Shown: piece by piece, positions 1 to 10,480 of the stretch | Layout: the number at the start of each line of letters is the position of its first letter | How positions within the stretch are numbered: the first letter of the stretch is position 1 | Assembly (NCBI RefSeq): GCF_036770585.1 | Contig: NZ_DAIPIW010000004.1 | Span: 6,327-70,326 of the forward strand | Direction of reading: 5' to 3' | DNA from: Yoonia sp. | Lineage (GTDB): Bacteria > Pseudomonadota > Alphaproteobacteria > Rhodobacterales > Rhodobacteraceae | DNA length: 64,000 bases | Notes under the pieces: model-generated | Told to the model about the DNA's origin: nothing | What the model saw: the letters and a program-made list of their open reading frames with translations, nothing else | The model's database searches: none | Program-made: the position numbers and the translations under genes

Positions 1-2
1 GC

Positions 3-2735
3 CTTCTGCCACGCATCCGGCTTGTCACCGATCTGGCTGATGATCCGGTGTCGCTTGCCGTGCCGCCCGCCGTCCCGCCCCTGCGGCGGCGGCTGGAACT
101 GGCGCAATTCGTGGCCAAGCTGCTGGACGCACAGCCCGATCTTGCCCCGCGCGCCGCACTCTATGATCTGTCCGACAGTCTGGCGCGGTTGATGGACGAA
201 ATGCAGGGCGAAGGTGTTTCGCCCGACGCCATCGCGAAACTCGACGTGACAGACCAGTCCGGCCACTGGGCGCGCGCGCTGGAATTCCTTGGCATCATCA
301 CGCCCTTCTTCAACCGTGCCGACCAGCCCCCCGACAAGGACGCGCGGCAGCGCATGGTGGTCACGGCCCTGGCCGAGCGTTGGGCGACAACGCCCCCCGC
401 CCATCCTGTGATCGTCGCAGGCTCGACCGGATCGCGCGGCACAACCGCGCTTTTCATGCAAGCCGTCGCCAGACTGCCGCAAGGCGCGCTGATCCTGCCC
501 GGTTTCGACTTTGACCTGCCCGCGCCGGTCTGGGCCGACATGAAAGACGACCTCGTGTTCGAGGATCACCCGCAATACCGGTTTCGCCGCCTGATGGACC
601 TGATCGGCTTTGGCAAAGACGACGTTACCCCCTGGACCGATGCCGCCCCCGCCAATCCCGCCCGCAACAGGCTGGTTTCGCTTTCACTGCGCCCCGCGCC
701 CGTCACTGACCAATGGCTTGACGAAGGCCCCCACCTTGGCGACCTCGTCACCGCAACCGCCGATCTGACACTGGTCGAAGCCGCCTCGCCCCGGGCCGAG
801 GCCGAGACCATCGCCCTGCGTCTGCGGCAGGCGGTCGAGGACGGCCAGACCGCCGCCCTGATCACCCCCGACCGGATGCTGACACGGCAGGTCACGGCGG
901 CCCTTGACCGTTGGAACATCACGCCCGACGACAGCGCAGGGATGCCGCTGGCGCTTTCGCCTCCGGGGCGGTTCCTGCGGCATGTGGCCGACCTTTTCGG
1001 CAAGCCCCTGACGGGCGAGGCGCTGCTGACCCTGCTCAAACACCCGCTATGCCATTCCGGCGAAGGCGCGCGTGGCGACCATCTGCGCCACACCCGCGAT
1101 CTGGAATTGTCGCTGCGCCGTTACGGCCCACCGTTTCCCGATGCCGCCGACCTTGCAAAATGGGCCGGTGACACACCCGACCGGCAGGCCTGGGTTGCAT
1201 GGCTGGCCCCGCTGGTCACCGATCTTGAAACTCTGGCCGAGGGGCATCTGTCCACCTTCCTCGACCGCCACCTGACCATCGCCACGGCCCTTGCCGCCGG
1301 ACCGGTTGCCGAAGGCAGCGGCGGTCTGTGGCTTATGCCCGCAGGGCGCGAGGCGCGGCGGATCTGCGACAGCCTGATCGCCGCCGCCGAGGCAGGCGGC
1401 ACGATGACCGCCCGCGACTATGCGTCCCTTTTTGGCGGTGTCATCGGCGAAGGCACGGTCCGCGACCGCGACAAGGGGCACCCGCAGGTCCTGATCTGGG
1501 GCACGCTCGAGGCGCGGGTGCAGGGCGCTGACCTGACCATCCTTGGCGGCATGAACGATGGTATCTGGCCCGAGGCCCCGCCGCCTGATCCCTGGCTGAA
1601 CCGGACGCTGCGGGCGCAGGCGGGGCTGTTGCTGCCCGAACGCAAGATCGGGCTGTCGGCGCATGACTACCAGCAGGCCATGGGCGGCAAAGAGGTCTGG
1701 ATCACCCGCGCAAAACGCTCGGCCGATGCGGAAACCGTGGCGTCCCGTTGGGTGAACCGGTTGACGAACCTGCTGGACGGTTTGCCGGATAAGGGGGGGG
1801 AGGCCGCGCTGAAAGCGATGCAGGCGCGCGGCAATGACTGGATCGCAAAGGCGGCAAAGCTTGCCGCACCCGCCGATACCGTCGCGCCCGCCAAGCGCCC
1901 CTCGCCGCAGCCACCCACCGATGCCCGCCCGCGCGAGCTGTCAGTCACACAGATCCGCACCCTGATCCGCGACCCTTACGCGATCTACGCCCGCAAGGTC
2001 CTGCGGCTCGATCCGCTCGACCCGCTAAGCCCCAACGCCGAGGCGCGGCTGAAGGGCACGATCATTCACACGATCCTCGAACGGTTCATCGCAGGCCGCT
2101 TCCCCACCGACGACCGCGCGACCCTGATCGCCTTCGCGGAAGAGGAATTCACCAAGCATTGCCCATGGCCCACCATCCGCGCGCAATGGATGGGGCGGTT
2201 CGTGCAGATCGCCGATCTCTTTCTGGAGGGCGAGACGATCCGGCAATCCAATGCCACCCCGACCATCTTCGAAGAAAAGGGCAATGCGGTGGTCGGTGCC
2301 TCGGGCATCAATCTTGTCTGCAAAGCCGACCGGATCGACCTGACCGAGGCCGGGACGGCCTTGATCTATGACTACAAGACCGGCGACGTGCCAACCGCCG
2401 CCAGACAGGCCAAATTCGAAAAGCAGCTGCTGGTGACGGCCGCGATGGTCGAACGCGGTGCCTTTGAAAGGCTTGGCGCCAGACAGGTCGAACAGGCCGC
2501 TTTTATCGGCGTGAAAAAAGAGATGAAGATAACGCCCGCCCCGCTTGCCGACCACCCGCCCGATCAGGTCTGGGCCGAACTGGAAAGACTGTTCCTGCGT
2601 TGGCAGGCACGGGACCGGGGCTATACCGCACGGCTGGCGATGTTCTCGAAAGGCGACATCAGCGACTATGACCACCTGTCGCGCTACGGCGAATGGGACA
2701 CCAGCCATGATGCAGCGCCCGAGGTGCTGGAATGA
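3..2735 (+). CDS. addB: Double-strand break repair protein AddB (5' end outside window)
   Basis: Frame open from position 3 (LLPRIRLVTDL); AGSTGSRG motif; C-terminal PD-(D/E)xK nuclease (KADRID...YDYKTG); overlaps addA start. Confidence 0.92.
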   Translation, partial: LLPRIRLVTDLADDPVSLAVPPAVPPLRRRLELAQFVAKLLDAQPDLAPRAALYDLSDSLARLMDEMQGEGVSPDAIAKLDVTDQSGHWARALEFLGIITPFFNRADQPPDKDARQRMVVTALAERWATTPPAHPVIVAGSTGSRGTTALFMQAVARLPQGALILPGFDFDLPAPVWADMKDDLVFEDHPQYRFRRLMDLIGFGKDDVTPWTDAAPANPARNRLVSLSLRPAPVTDQWLDEGPHLGDLVTATADLTLVEAASPRAEAETIALRLRQAVEDGQTAALITPDRMLTRQVTAALDRWNITPDDSAGMPLALSPPGRFLRHVADLFGKPLTGEALLTLLKHPLCHSGEGARGDHLRHTRDLELSLRRYGPPFPDAADLAKWAGDTPDRQAWVAWLAPLVTDLETLAEGHLSTFLDRHLTIATALAAGPVAEGSGGLWLMPAGREARRICDSLIAAAEAGGTMTARDYASLFGGVIGEGTVRDRDKGHPQVLIWGTLEARVQGADLTILGGMNDGIWPEAPPPDPWLNRTLRAQAGLLLPERKIGLSAHDYQQAMGGKEVWITRAKRSADAETVASRWVNRLTNLLDGLPDKGGEAALKAMQARGNDWIAKAAKLAAPADTVAPAKRPSPQPPTDARPRELSVTQIRTLIRDPYAIYARKVLRLDPLDPLSPNAEARLKGTIIHTILERFIAGRFPTDDRATLIAFAEEEFTKHCPWPTIRAQWMGRFVQIADLFLEGETIRQSNATPTIFEEKGNAVVGASGINLVCKADRIDLTEAGTALIYDYKTGDVPTAARQAKFEKQLLVTAAMVERGAFERLGARQVEQAAFIGVKKEMKITPAPLADHPPDQVWAELERLFLRWQARDRGYTARLAMFSKGDISDYDHLSRYGEWDTSHDAAPEVLE

Positions 2736-5700
2736 TCCGCGACGCAGCCACCCAGCACCAGATCGATGCCGCCAACCCGCGACAGTCCACATGGCTGTCG
2801 GCCAACGCGGGCTCGGGCAAGACCCGCGTGCTGACCGACCGCGTGGCGCGTCTGCTGCTGGAAGATGTCTCGCCCCAGAACATCCTCTGCCTGACTTATA
2901 CCAAGGCCGCCGCGACCGAGATGCAGAACCGCCTGTTCAAACGCCTCGGCGCTTGGGCGATGATGCCGGATGCCAAATTGCGCGCCGCCCTTGCCGATCT
3001 GGGTGTCGCGCGTGCGATCGACGCGGACCAGTTGCGGCAGGCCCGCACGCTTTTTGCCCGCGCAATCGAGACCCCCGGCGGCCTGAAAATCCAGACCATC
3101 CATTCGTTCTGTGCAGGCCTGCTGCGCCGCTTCCCGCTGGAGGCGCAGGTCAGCCCGCAATTCCGCGAGATGGAGGACCGCGAGGCGGAACTCTTGCGCG
3201 CCGATGTGGTGGACGGGATGCTGCTGGGGACGGATGCGCAGGTGGTCGAAGGGGTGCTGGCGCATTTCACCGGAAACGATCTGGCCCAGCTGACGAAAGA
3301 GATCGCGCAGCACAGGCAAGCTTTTCAGGGCGCTTGGGATAAAGCGGCAATTCACACCGTCCTCGGGCTTGCCAAGGATGCGACCCGTGCGGATGCGCTC
3401 GCATTGGCTTTTGCAGGGGATGAGGCCTCAATCGCGGACAGCGTGGCCGAGGTTTTCAAATCCGAAAGCAAGACCTATCGGGACTTTGCCACAAAGCTTG
3501 GAAAACTCCACTTTGCCGATCCGGGCTGGAATGATCTGGAGACGCTCTTCTCGCTGTTCCTCTATGCCAAGGACGGCACGTCGAAGTCGGTTAATTTTCC
3601 CCAAAGCAACCATTCGAATGCTGTCGCAGCGATGGCCCCCATCGCAGCCGAGGTTCACGATTGGATGGACCGTGTGGCCGCCGCAAGACAGCACCTTTTG
3701 ACCATCGACGCAGCCGACCGCACCGCCGCGCTCTATGCTTTCGCCATCCGTTTCATCCCCGCCTACGAGGCGCGCAAGCTGGCGATGGGGGCGCTCGACT
3801 TCGACGATCTGATCCGCAAGGCAAAGGACCTGCTGACGAACCCCGATCTGGCGCAATGGGTGCTGTTCCGGCTGGACGGCGGCATCGACCATGTGCTGGT
3901 GGACGAAGCGCAGGACACCAGCCCGACCCAATGGGCCGTGATCGAACGGCTGACGCAGGAATTCGCGGCGGGCGAAGGGGCCAACGCCCAGCGCGAACGG
4001 ACGGTCTTTGTCGTCGGCGACAAGAAACAGTCGATCTATTCCTTTCAGGGTGCGGACCCCGATGAATTCGACAGGATGTCCGCCCATTTCACCAAGGCGC
4101 AAGAGGCGGTCGGACAAACGCTCGAACCGCTGACGCTGGCGCATTCCTTCCGATCCGCGCAGCCGATCCTTGACGTCGTGGACACCTGTTTCACCGGTGA
4201 CCGCGCCGCTGGCATGGACGACAGCGTCAGCCACATCGCCTTCAAGGCTGACATGCCGGGGCGCGTGGACCTCTGGCCGGTGATCGAGCAAAGCAAGGAT
4301 GAGGACGACCGCCTCTGGTATGATCCCGTCGACCAGCCCAGCGCCAGAAATCACGACGTCATCCTCGCCCGGCAGATCGCCGACCAGATCAAATGGATGA
4401 TCGAAAACGAAACCATCCCTGTCGAGAAAGAGCAGACCGGCACCTACGAACGACGCCCGATCACCGAGGGCGATATCCTGATCCTCGTCCGGAGCCGGTC
4501 AGACCTTTTTGCCGAGATCATCCGTGCCTGCAAGGCGGCTGACCTCAAGATCGCCGGGGCCGACCGCCTGCGCGTCGGCGCGGAACTCGCGGTCAAGGAC
4601 CTTGCCGCGCTCTTGAATTTTCTCGCCTTGCCCGAGGACGACCTGTCGCTTGCCGCCGCCCTGCGGTCACCGCTGTTCGGTTGGCGCGAACAGGACCTAT
4701 ACAGCCTCGCCCATCACAGGCCGGACAAGGCTTACCTCTGGAGCGCGCTGCGCGACTCCGGTCATGCCGAAACACTTGCCATCATCCATGATCTGCGCGA
4801 ACGGGCGGACTTCCTGCGCCCCTATGACCTGCTGGAACGTATCCTGATCCGTCATGGCGGGCGGCAGAAGCTGCTGGCGCGGCTTGGCCCCGAGGCGGAA
4901 GACGGCATCGACGCGCTGTTGTCTCAGGCGCTGGCCTATGAACAATCCAGCGTGCCCAGCCTGACCGGCTTTCTGACGTGGATGCAGACCGACGATGTCG
5001 AAGTCAAACGCCAGATGGAAAGCAAGGGCGACCGTATCCGCGTGATGACGGTGCACGGCGCCAAGGGGCTGGAGGCCCCGATCGTGATCCTGCCCGACAC
5101 GGTCAAGCGCAAGCGCGAGGTCAATGACGAGATCCTGCCAGCGGGCGACCATATCATCTGGAAACCCCGCGCCGACGACTCGCCAGAGGCGGTGAAAACC
5201 CTGAAGGACGACATCCTGGCCAAGCAGGATCGCGAAAGGATGCGTCTGCTTTACGTCGCCATGACCCGCGCCGAGAAATGGCTGATCGTCGCCGCAGCGG
5301 GCGATGTCGGTGATGGTGACGACAGTTGGTACAACATCGTCTCGGACGGGATGGCGCAGCGCGGTGCCACTGACGCCACATCGGGTGCGCTTTCCATCAA
5401 GCGGGTCGCGTCGGGCGATTGGGACGGCCTGCCGCTGGGCAAGGTGACGCAGACGACCAGACCCGAGGTAACGCTGCCCAGATTTTCCGATCTGCCGCAA
5501 CCTGGGCGCGCCAGCACGATCTCGCCCTCTGATCTCGACGGTGCCAAGGTCCTGCCGGGCGAAAGCGGCGAGGGCGATACCGAAGCCGCCAAGGCGCGCG
5601 GCACGCTGATCCACCGCCTGCTGGAACACCTGCCGCTGGCCCCGCCCGATGCGCGCCAGACCCTTGGCCTGCAAATCGCAGGGCAGGGCGATGCCGGAAC

Positions 5701-6073
5701 GGTCGGGGCTGTGATCCGCCTTCTCGATGATCCGGCGCTTGCCCATATCTGGGCCGCGGACGCGCTGACCGAGGTGGACATCACCGCCGAGATCGCAGGA
5801 CTGGGCCGCATCCACGGCGCCATCGACCGGCTGATCATCACGGACCAGCAGATCACCGCCATCGACTACAAATCGAACCGCCTTGTGCCCGACAGGCCCG
5901 AAGCCACGCCCGACGGGCTTTTGCGGCAAATGGCGGTCTACCATGCCGCCCTTGCGCAAATCTTCCCCGAAACGCCCGTTTCGGTGGCAATCCTCTGGAC
6001 CGAAACCGCAACCCTGATGCCGATACCCGACGACTTGCTTCACGAAGCCATGATGCGTCTTGCAACGTCTTGA
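2732..6073 (+). CDS. addA: Double-strand break repair helicase/nuclease AddA
   Basis: UvrD motifs ANAGSGKT, LVDEAQDT, VGDKKQSIYSFQGA, MTVHGAKGLE, LLYVAMTRA; C-terminal GAIDRL...IDYKS nuclease. Confidence 0.96.
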   Translation: MIRDAATQHQIDAANPRQSTWLSANAGSGKTRVLTDRVARLLLEDVSPQNILCLTYTKAAATEMQNRLFKRLGAWAMMPDAKLRAALADLGVARAIDADQLRQARTLFARAIETPGGLKIQTIHSFCAGLLRRFPLEAQVSPQFREMEDREAELLRADVVDGMLLGTDAQVVEGVLAHFTGNDLAQLTKEIAQHRQAFQGAWDKAAIHTVLGLAKDATRADALALAFAGDEASIADSVAEVFKSESKTYRDFATKLGKLHFADPGWNDLETLFSLFLYAKDGTSKSVNFPQSNHSNAVAAMAPIAAEVHDWMDRVAAARQHLLTIDAADRTAALYAFAIRFIPAYEARKLAMGALDFDDLIRKAKDLLTNPDLAQWVLFRLDGGIDHVLVDEAQDTSPTQWAVIERLTQEFAAGEGANAQRERTVFVVGDKKQSIYSFQGADPDEFDRMSAHFTKAQEAVGQTLEPLTLAHSFRSAQPILDVVDTCFTGDRAAGMDDSVSHIAFKADMPGRVDLWPVIEQSKDEDDRLWYDPVDQPSARNHDVILARQIADQIKWMIENETIPVEKEQTGTYERRPITEGDILILVRSRSDLFAEIIRACKAADLKIAGADRLRVGAELAVKDLAALLNFLALPEDDLSLAAALRSPLFGWREQDLYSLAHHRPDKAYLWSALRDSGHAETLAIIHDLRERADFLRPYDLLERILIRHGGRQKLLARLGPEAEDGIDALLSQALAYEQSSVPSLTGFLTWMQTDDVEVKRQMESKGDRIRVMTVHGAKGLEAPIVILPDTVKRKREVNDEILPAGDHIIWKPRADDSPEAVKTLKDDILAKQDRERMRLLYVAMTRAEKWLIVAAAGDVGDGDDSWYNIVSDGMAQRGATDATSGALSIKRVASGDWDGLPLGKVTQTTRPEVTLPRFSDLPQPGRASTISPSDLDGAKVLPGESGEGDTEAAKARGTLIHRLLEHLPLAPPDARQTLGLQIAGQGDAGTVGAVIRLLDDPALAHIWAADALTEVDITAEIAGLGRIHGAIDRLIITDQQITAIDYKSNRLVPDRPEATPDGLLRQMAVYHAALAQIFPETPVSVAILWTETATLMPIPDDLLHEAMMRLATS

Positions 6074-6097
6074 CCATCCGCGCGCGCATACCTAGTT
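6069..6097 (+). promoter_or_regulatory. Putative RpoH-type promoter of trxA
   Basis: CTTG-N18-CCTAGTT, close to the alphaproteobacterial sigma32 consensus CTTG-N17/18-CCTATAT. Confidence 0.45.
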
Positions 6098-6133
6098 TTC
6101 GCGCTCAACCTTTCCCGCCAAGGAGTATCCCCG

Positions 6134-6454
6134 ATGGCAACCGTAGCCGTAACCGACGCCACCTTTGACGCCGAAGTGCGCCAGTCCGACATCCCCGTTG
6201 TCGTCGACTTCTGGGCCGAGTGGTGTGGCCCCTGCAAACAGATCGGCCCCGCTCTGGAAGAGCTGTCGAACGAGATGGCCGGCAAGGTCAAGATCGTCAA
6301 AGTGAACGTGGACGAAAACCCCAACTCTCCCGCCCAGATGGGCGTGCGCGGGATCCCTGCGCTGTTCGTCTTCAAGGACGGTCAGGTCGTCTCGAACAAG
6401 GCGGGTGCTGCACCCAAGGCCGCCATTCAGGGCTGGATCGAAGATTCGATCTGA
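6134..6454 (+). CDS. trxA: Thioredoxin
   Basis: WCGPC active site, 106 aa, AAGGAG RBS, canonical position after addA. Confidence 0.97.
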   Translation: MATVAVTDATFDAEVRQSDIPVVVDFWAEWCGPCKQIGPALEELSNEMAGKVKIVKVNVDENPNSPAQMGVRGIPALFVFKDGQVVSNKAGAAPKAAIQGWIEDSI

Positions 6455-6475
6455 TCGCGACCGTTTCCGACCTTC

Positions 6476-6502
6476 AAGGGCGCCCCTCGTGGCGCCCTTT
6501 TT
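6476..6502 (+). terminator. Intrinsic terminator after trxA
   Basis: AAGGGCGCC-cctcgt-GGCGCCCTT hairpin running into a T tract. Confidence 0.8.
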
Positions 6503-6505
6503 CGT

Positions 6506-7423
6506 TCACACGGGCCAGCCGTGACCGCGCAGCACGTTGCGGATCTTGTTCTTCGCCTCGGGCCGGCCTGCGTTGATCGCCTGCATCTGGAGAAACCAGA
6601 ACATATACGACGCATAGTCGGGCTCATGGAAAGGCGCGCGCGCAATCGCCTGTGCCGCGCCCATGTCGCCCACGTTCAGCGCGATGTGGTGAAAATCGGA
6701 TTTGCCGAACAGGACCAGCGGCTTGCCGAAGAACAAGCCCATGAAACCGACGCTGGAATTCTGCGTCACCACGTAATCGCAGTTCTGCAAGTAACGCTCG
6801 ACCCCCGCCGCCTGCACGAAAAGCCGCGCGTGCTTGTCGGCAAGGGCCTGCAAGGCGGCACCCTCGGCCGGGGTATAGGTCTCGTTGGGATGCAGCGTCA
6901 CGACGACCTGTCGCTTGGGATCATGGTCCAGAAGGGCTTCCACCATGTCCAGCGGGCTTGCGTGCTGGAATGACCGCTTTTCCAGCAGCCGACCCTGCAA
7001 TGGCACAAAAACGAACCCGTCACGCCGCGCCGTGCGCGGGGCTTCGTCGAACAGGCGGTTGCGCCAGAAACGGTAGAAGTTCGACGCCTTGCGCGGATCG
7101 ACGGCATGGGGATCGAAAGCCGACTTGGCGACCGGCCAGTCCCACCGCTCGGCCGCTTTCTCGATATGCCAGAAGGGGTAAAGGTATGTCTTGCGGAACA
7201 CCAATCCGCGCCCGTTGACCGGCGGCTGCATCAGGAAAAGACTGTGCCCCGGCCGCGCCATCGCCCGCAGCCGTGCAGCCTGATCGTCGCTGTCGAAGGC
7301 CACGGTCAGCCCTGCCGCCTCCAGCACCTCGGAGACTTTGGCGATGAAATTCTGGTTCCCGTTTTCGGCCTGTCGCCGCAACTGGGGATGCAGGTAGAAT
7401 GTGACGGTCTCGCGCGCGCTCAT
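6506..7423 (-). CDS. Capsule polysaccharide biosynthesis/export-like protein (KpsS/KpsC-like C-terminal motif)
   Basis: FVPLQ...LHP...VVTQNSSVGFMGLFFGKPLVLFG resembles the Capsule_synth family signature. Confidence 0.55.
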   Translation of the reverse strand: MSARETVTFYLHPQLRRQAENGNQNFIAKVSEVLEAAGLTVAFDSDDQAARLRAMARPGHSLFLMQPPVNGRGLVFRKTYLYPFWHIEKAAERWDWPVAKSAFDPHAVDPRKASNFYRFWRNRLFDEAPRTARRDGFVFVPLQGRLLEKRSFQHASPLDMVEALLDHDPKRQVVVTLHPNETYTPAEGAALQALADKHARLFVQAAGVERYLQNCDYVVTQNSSVGFMGLFFGKPLVLFGKSDFHHIALNVGDMGAAQAIARAPFHEPDYASYMFWFLQMQAINAGRPEAKNKIRNVLRGHGWPV

Positions 7424-7527
7424 GCGCCATAGCTAGCCTTCGCGGGGGGCCTGAACAAGCGGTGCGGGGTTGTTTGCGGCGGCACCTCCCGCCATATACG
7501 CAAATGACACCGTGAGAGGAGCCGCCA

Positions 7528-8082
7528 ATGGCAAAAGAGGATTTCCCCGGCTGGCACGGCACGACGATCATCGGCGTGCGCAAGGGCGGCAAGGTCGTGA
7601 TCGCAGGCGACGGGCAGGTCAGCCTTGGGCAGACCGTGATCAAGGGCACCGCGCGCAAGGTGCGCAGGCTGTCACCCGGCGGTCAGGATGTGATCTGCGG
7701 TTTCGCGGGATCGACGGCGGATGCCTTTACCCTGCTGGAGCGGCTGGAAAAGAAGCTCGAAGCCACCCCCGGCCAACTGGCCCGCGCAAGCGTCGAACTG
7801 GCCAAGGACTGGCGCACCGACAAATACCTGCAAAAGCTGGAAGCCATGCTGATCGTCAGCGACGGCAAGGACCTGTTCGTCATCACCGGCGCGGGCGATG
7901 TGCTGGAACCCGAGCATGATATCGCGGCGATCGGATCGGGCGGCAATTACGCGCTGGCCGCAGGTCGCGCGATGATGGACACCGACAAGGATGCCGAGAC
8001 CATCGCCCGCGCGGCCATGGCGATTGCCGCCGATATCTGCGTCTATACCAACGGCAACCTGACAGTGGAGAGCATCGGATGA
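7528..8082 (+). CDS. hslV: ATP-dependent protease peptidase subunit HslV
   Basis: HGTTII (catalytic Thr), [27 protein letters not shown]. Confidence 0.97.
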   Translation: MAKEDFPGWHGTTIIGVRKGGKVVIAGDGQVSLGQTVIKGTARKVRRLSPGGQDVICGFAGSTADAFTLLERLEKKLEATPGQLARASVELAKDWRTDKYLQKLEAMLIVSDGKDLFVITGAGDVLEPEHDIAAIGSGGNYALAAGRAMMDTDKDAETIARAAMAIAADICVYTNGNLTVESIG

Positions 8083-9149
8083 TGATCGAACGCGACGACA
8101 TCCGCGCCGCTGTCGCCAGCGGCCTTCTGAACGAAAGGCAGGCCTCTGGTCTGATCGCGCTGTCCGACAGCCGCCGTGGCGCGCGCGAGAACCTCGATAA
8201 CGGCGACGAGCCCTTCGAGCTTTTCAAAGGCTTCAACGAGGTTTTCATCGTCATCGGCCTTCTGATCCTGTCCACCGGCTGGTGGAGCGTGCTTGCCGTG
8301 ATGCTGGCCGATCAGGTTGCGGGCTGGCAGCGCTCGACCGTGATCTACGGCGTGGTCGGCGCGATCATCTTGTGGATGCTGTCCGAGTATTTCATACGCA
8401 AGCGCCGCATGGTCGGTCCCGCCATCGCCCTGTCGATCATGTTCGCCAGCAACGCCGGCAGCGTCTTTGTTGTCGGGATGTCGGAACCCTTCATGATCGC
8501 GCAGAACGACTTTTCCAGCGTGCCCTTGCCGCTGTTTCTGGCCACGCTGACGCTGCTGGTCTACTGGTGGCGCTTTCGCGTGCCCTTCGCGATGGCGATG
8601 ATCGCTTTGGGTCTGTTTGCCGTGGCCATCGTCCTTGCCGCCAGCCGCGGTGGGAAGATCGAAAGCATCTCGGACTTCTTCCTGCTATCCGCGGGCGGGC
8701 CATTCGCCGTGATCACGCTGGCGCTTGGGCTGATCGTCTTCGCCGTCGCCATGACCTTCGACATGAGCGACCCGCACCGTGTGACCCGCCGGTCCGCCAA
8801 CGGCTTCTGGCTGCATGTGGTCGCCGCACCTGCGCTGGTGAATACCGTCGCCCTGTCGCTGCTGGATCAGGATACGGCCATGTCGAACCTCGTTCTTATC
8901 GCGATACTGGCGGGTTTCGCCATCGTCGCCATCGTCATCGACCGCCGGTCGTTCCTGATTGCCGCCATCGGCTATTTCGTGGCCCTGGCCGCAACCGTCT
9001 TCAACGGCGAGGGCGCCGCCTTCACCGTTCTGGCGCTGGGCGTCACGCTGCTGTTGCTGGGCGCTTTCTGGGAACGCATCCGCGCCCGCCTGCTGCGGCT
9101 GATGCCGCGCTTCGTGCCGCTGCACCGGCTTCCCCCATCCCATTCGTAA
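8079..9149 (+). CDS. Multi-pass inner membrane protein of unknown function
   Basis: About 10 hydrophobic segments; ATGA overlap with hslV stop. Confidence 0.75.
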   Translation: MMIERDDIRAAVASGLLNERQASGLIALSDSRRGARENLDNGDEPFELFKGFNEVFIVIGLLILSTGWWSVLAVMLADQVAGWQRSTVIYGVVGAIILWMLSEYFIRKRRMVGPAIALSIMFASNAGSVFVVGMSEPFMIAQNDFSSVPLPLFLATLTLLVYWWRFRVPFAMAMIALGLFAVAIVLAASRGGKIESISDFFLLSAGGPFAVITLALGLIVFAVAMTFDMSDPHRVTRRSANGFWLHVVAAPALVNTVALSLLDQDTAMSNLVLIAILAGFAIVAIVIDRRSFLIAAIGYFVALAATVFNGEGAAFTVLALGVTLLLLGAFWERIRARLLRLMPRFVPLHRLPPSHS

Positions 9150-9158
9150 GGACTGATC

Positions 9159-10466
9159 ATGACAGACCTGACCCCCCGCGAAATCGTCTCGGAGCTCGAC
9201 CGGTTCATCATCGGTCAGAAGGACGCCAAACGCGCCGTGGCGGTAGCCCTGCGCAACCGCTGGCGGCGCAAGCAATTGGGCGATGACCTGCGGGACGAGG
9301 TCTACCCCAAGAACATCCTGATGATCGGACCCACCGGCGTCGGCAAGACCGAGATCAGCCGCCGTCTGGCGAAACTCGCCCGTGCGCCCTTCATCAAGGT
9401 CGAGGCGACCAAGTTCACCGAAGTCGGCTATGTCGGGCGCGACGTGGAACAGATCATCCGCGATCTGGTGGATACCGCGATCATCGACACCCGCGAACAC
9501 ATGCGCGAAGACGTCAAGGCCAAGGCCCATCACGCCGCCGAAGAGCGTGTCATCACCGCCGTCGCAGGCACCGACGCGCGCGACACAACGCGCGAGATGT
9601 TCCGCAAAAAGCTGAAGTCCGGCGAACTCGACACCACCGTGATCGAACTGGAACTGACCGATACCAGCAACCCCTTGGGCGGTTTCGAGATCCCCGGCCA
9701 GCCCGGCGGCATGGGCGGCATGATGAACCTCGGCGATCTGTTCGGCAAAGCCATGGGCGGGCGGAAGGTCAAGAAGCGCATGACAGTCGCCGAAAGCTAT
9801 GAAGCGCTGATCGCGGACGAGGCGGACAAGCTGCTCGACGATGAAACCGTCACCAAGGCGGCGATGGAAGCGGTCGAACAGAACGGCATCGTGTTTCTGG
9901 ACGAGATCGACAAGGTCTGCGCCAATGCCGACAGGCGCGGCGCGGATGTGTCACGCGAAGGGGTGCAGCGTGACCTGCTGCCCCTGATCGAAGGCACCAC
10001 CGTCAGCACCAAACACGGGGCCATCAAGACCGATCATATCCTCTTCATCGCCTCGGGCGCCTTTCATGTGGCGAAACCCTCGGACCTTTTGCCGGAACTG
10101 CAGGGCCGCCTGCCGATCCGTGTGGAACTTCGCGCGCTGACCGAAGATGACTTCGTCCGCATCCTGACCGAAACCGACAATGCGCTGACCCTGCAATACG
10201 CGGCCCTGATGAAAACCGAAGACGTGGCCGTCACCTTTACCGACGACGGCATCAAGGCGCTGGCCAAGATCGCCGCCGAGGTGAACGAAAGCATCGAAAA
10301 CATCGGCGCGCGCCGGCTCTACACAGTGATCGAGCGTGTGTTCGAGGACCTTTCCTTCAACGCCCCCGACCGCGCGGGCGAAGAAATCGCCGTGGATGCG
10401 GATTTCGTCGAAAGGCATCTGGGCGAACTCTCGCGATCGCGGGACATCAGCCGCTATGTGCTCTAG
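9159..10466 (+). CDS. hslU: ATP-dependent protease ATPase subunit HslU
   Basis: [45 protein letters not shown]-terminal SRYVL. Confidence 0.97.
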   Translation: MTDLTPREIVSELDRFIIGQKDAKRAVAVALRNRWRRKQLGDDLRDEVYPKNILMIGPTGVGKTEISRRLAKLARAPFIKVEATKFTEVGYVGRDVEQIIRDLVDTAIIDTREHMREDVKAKAHHAAEERVITAVAGTDARDTTREMFRKKLKSGELDTTVIELELTDTSNPLGGFEIPGQPGGMGGMMNLGDLFGKAMGGRKVKKRMTVAESYEALIADEADKLLDDETVTKAAMEAVEQNGIVFLDEIDKVCANADRRGADVSREGVQRDLLPLIEGTTVSTKHGAIKTDHILFIASGAFHVAKPSDLLPELQGRLPIRVELRALTEDDFVRILTETDNALTLQYAALMKTEDVAVTFTDDGIKALAKIAAEVNESIENIGARRLYTVIERVFEDLSFNAPDRAGEEIAVDADFVERHLGELSRSRDISRYVL

Positions 10467-10480
10467 CGTGATGTGAACCG

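Noticed and set aside
3290..3710. Less GC-rich patch inside addA as an intein or insertion
   Set aside because: Frame is continuous, total length is normal for AddA and no intein splice motifs were seen; probably a variable domain.
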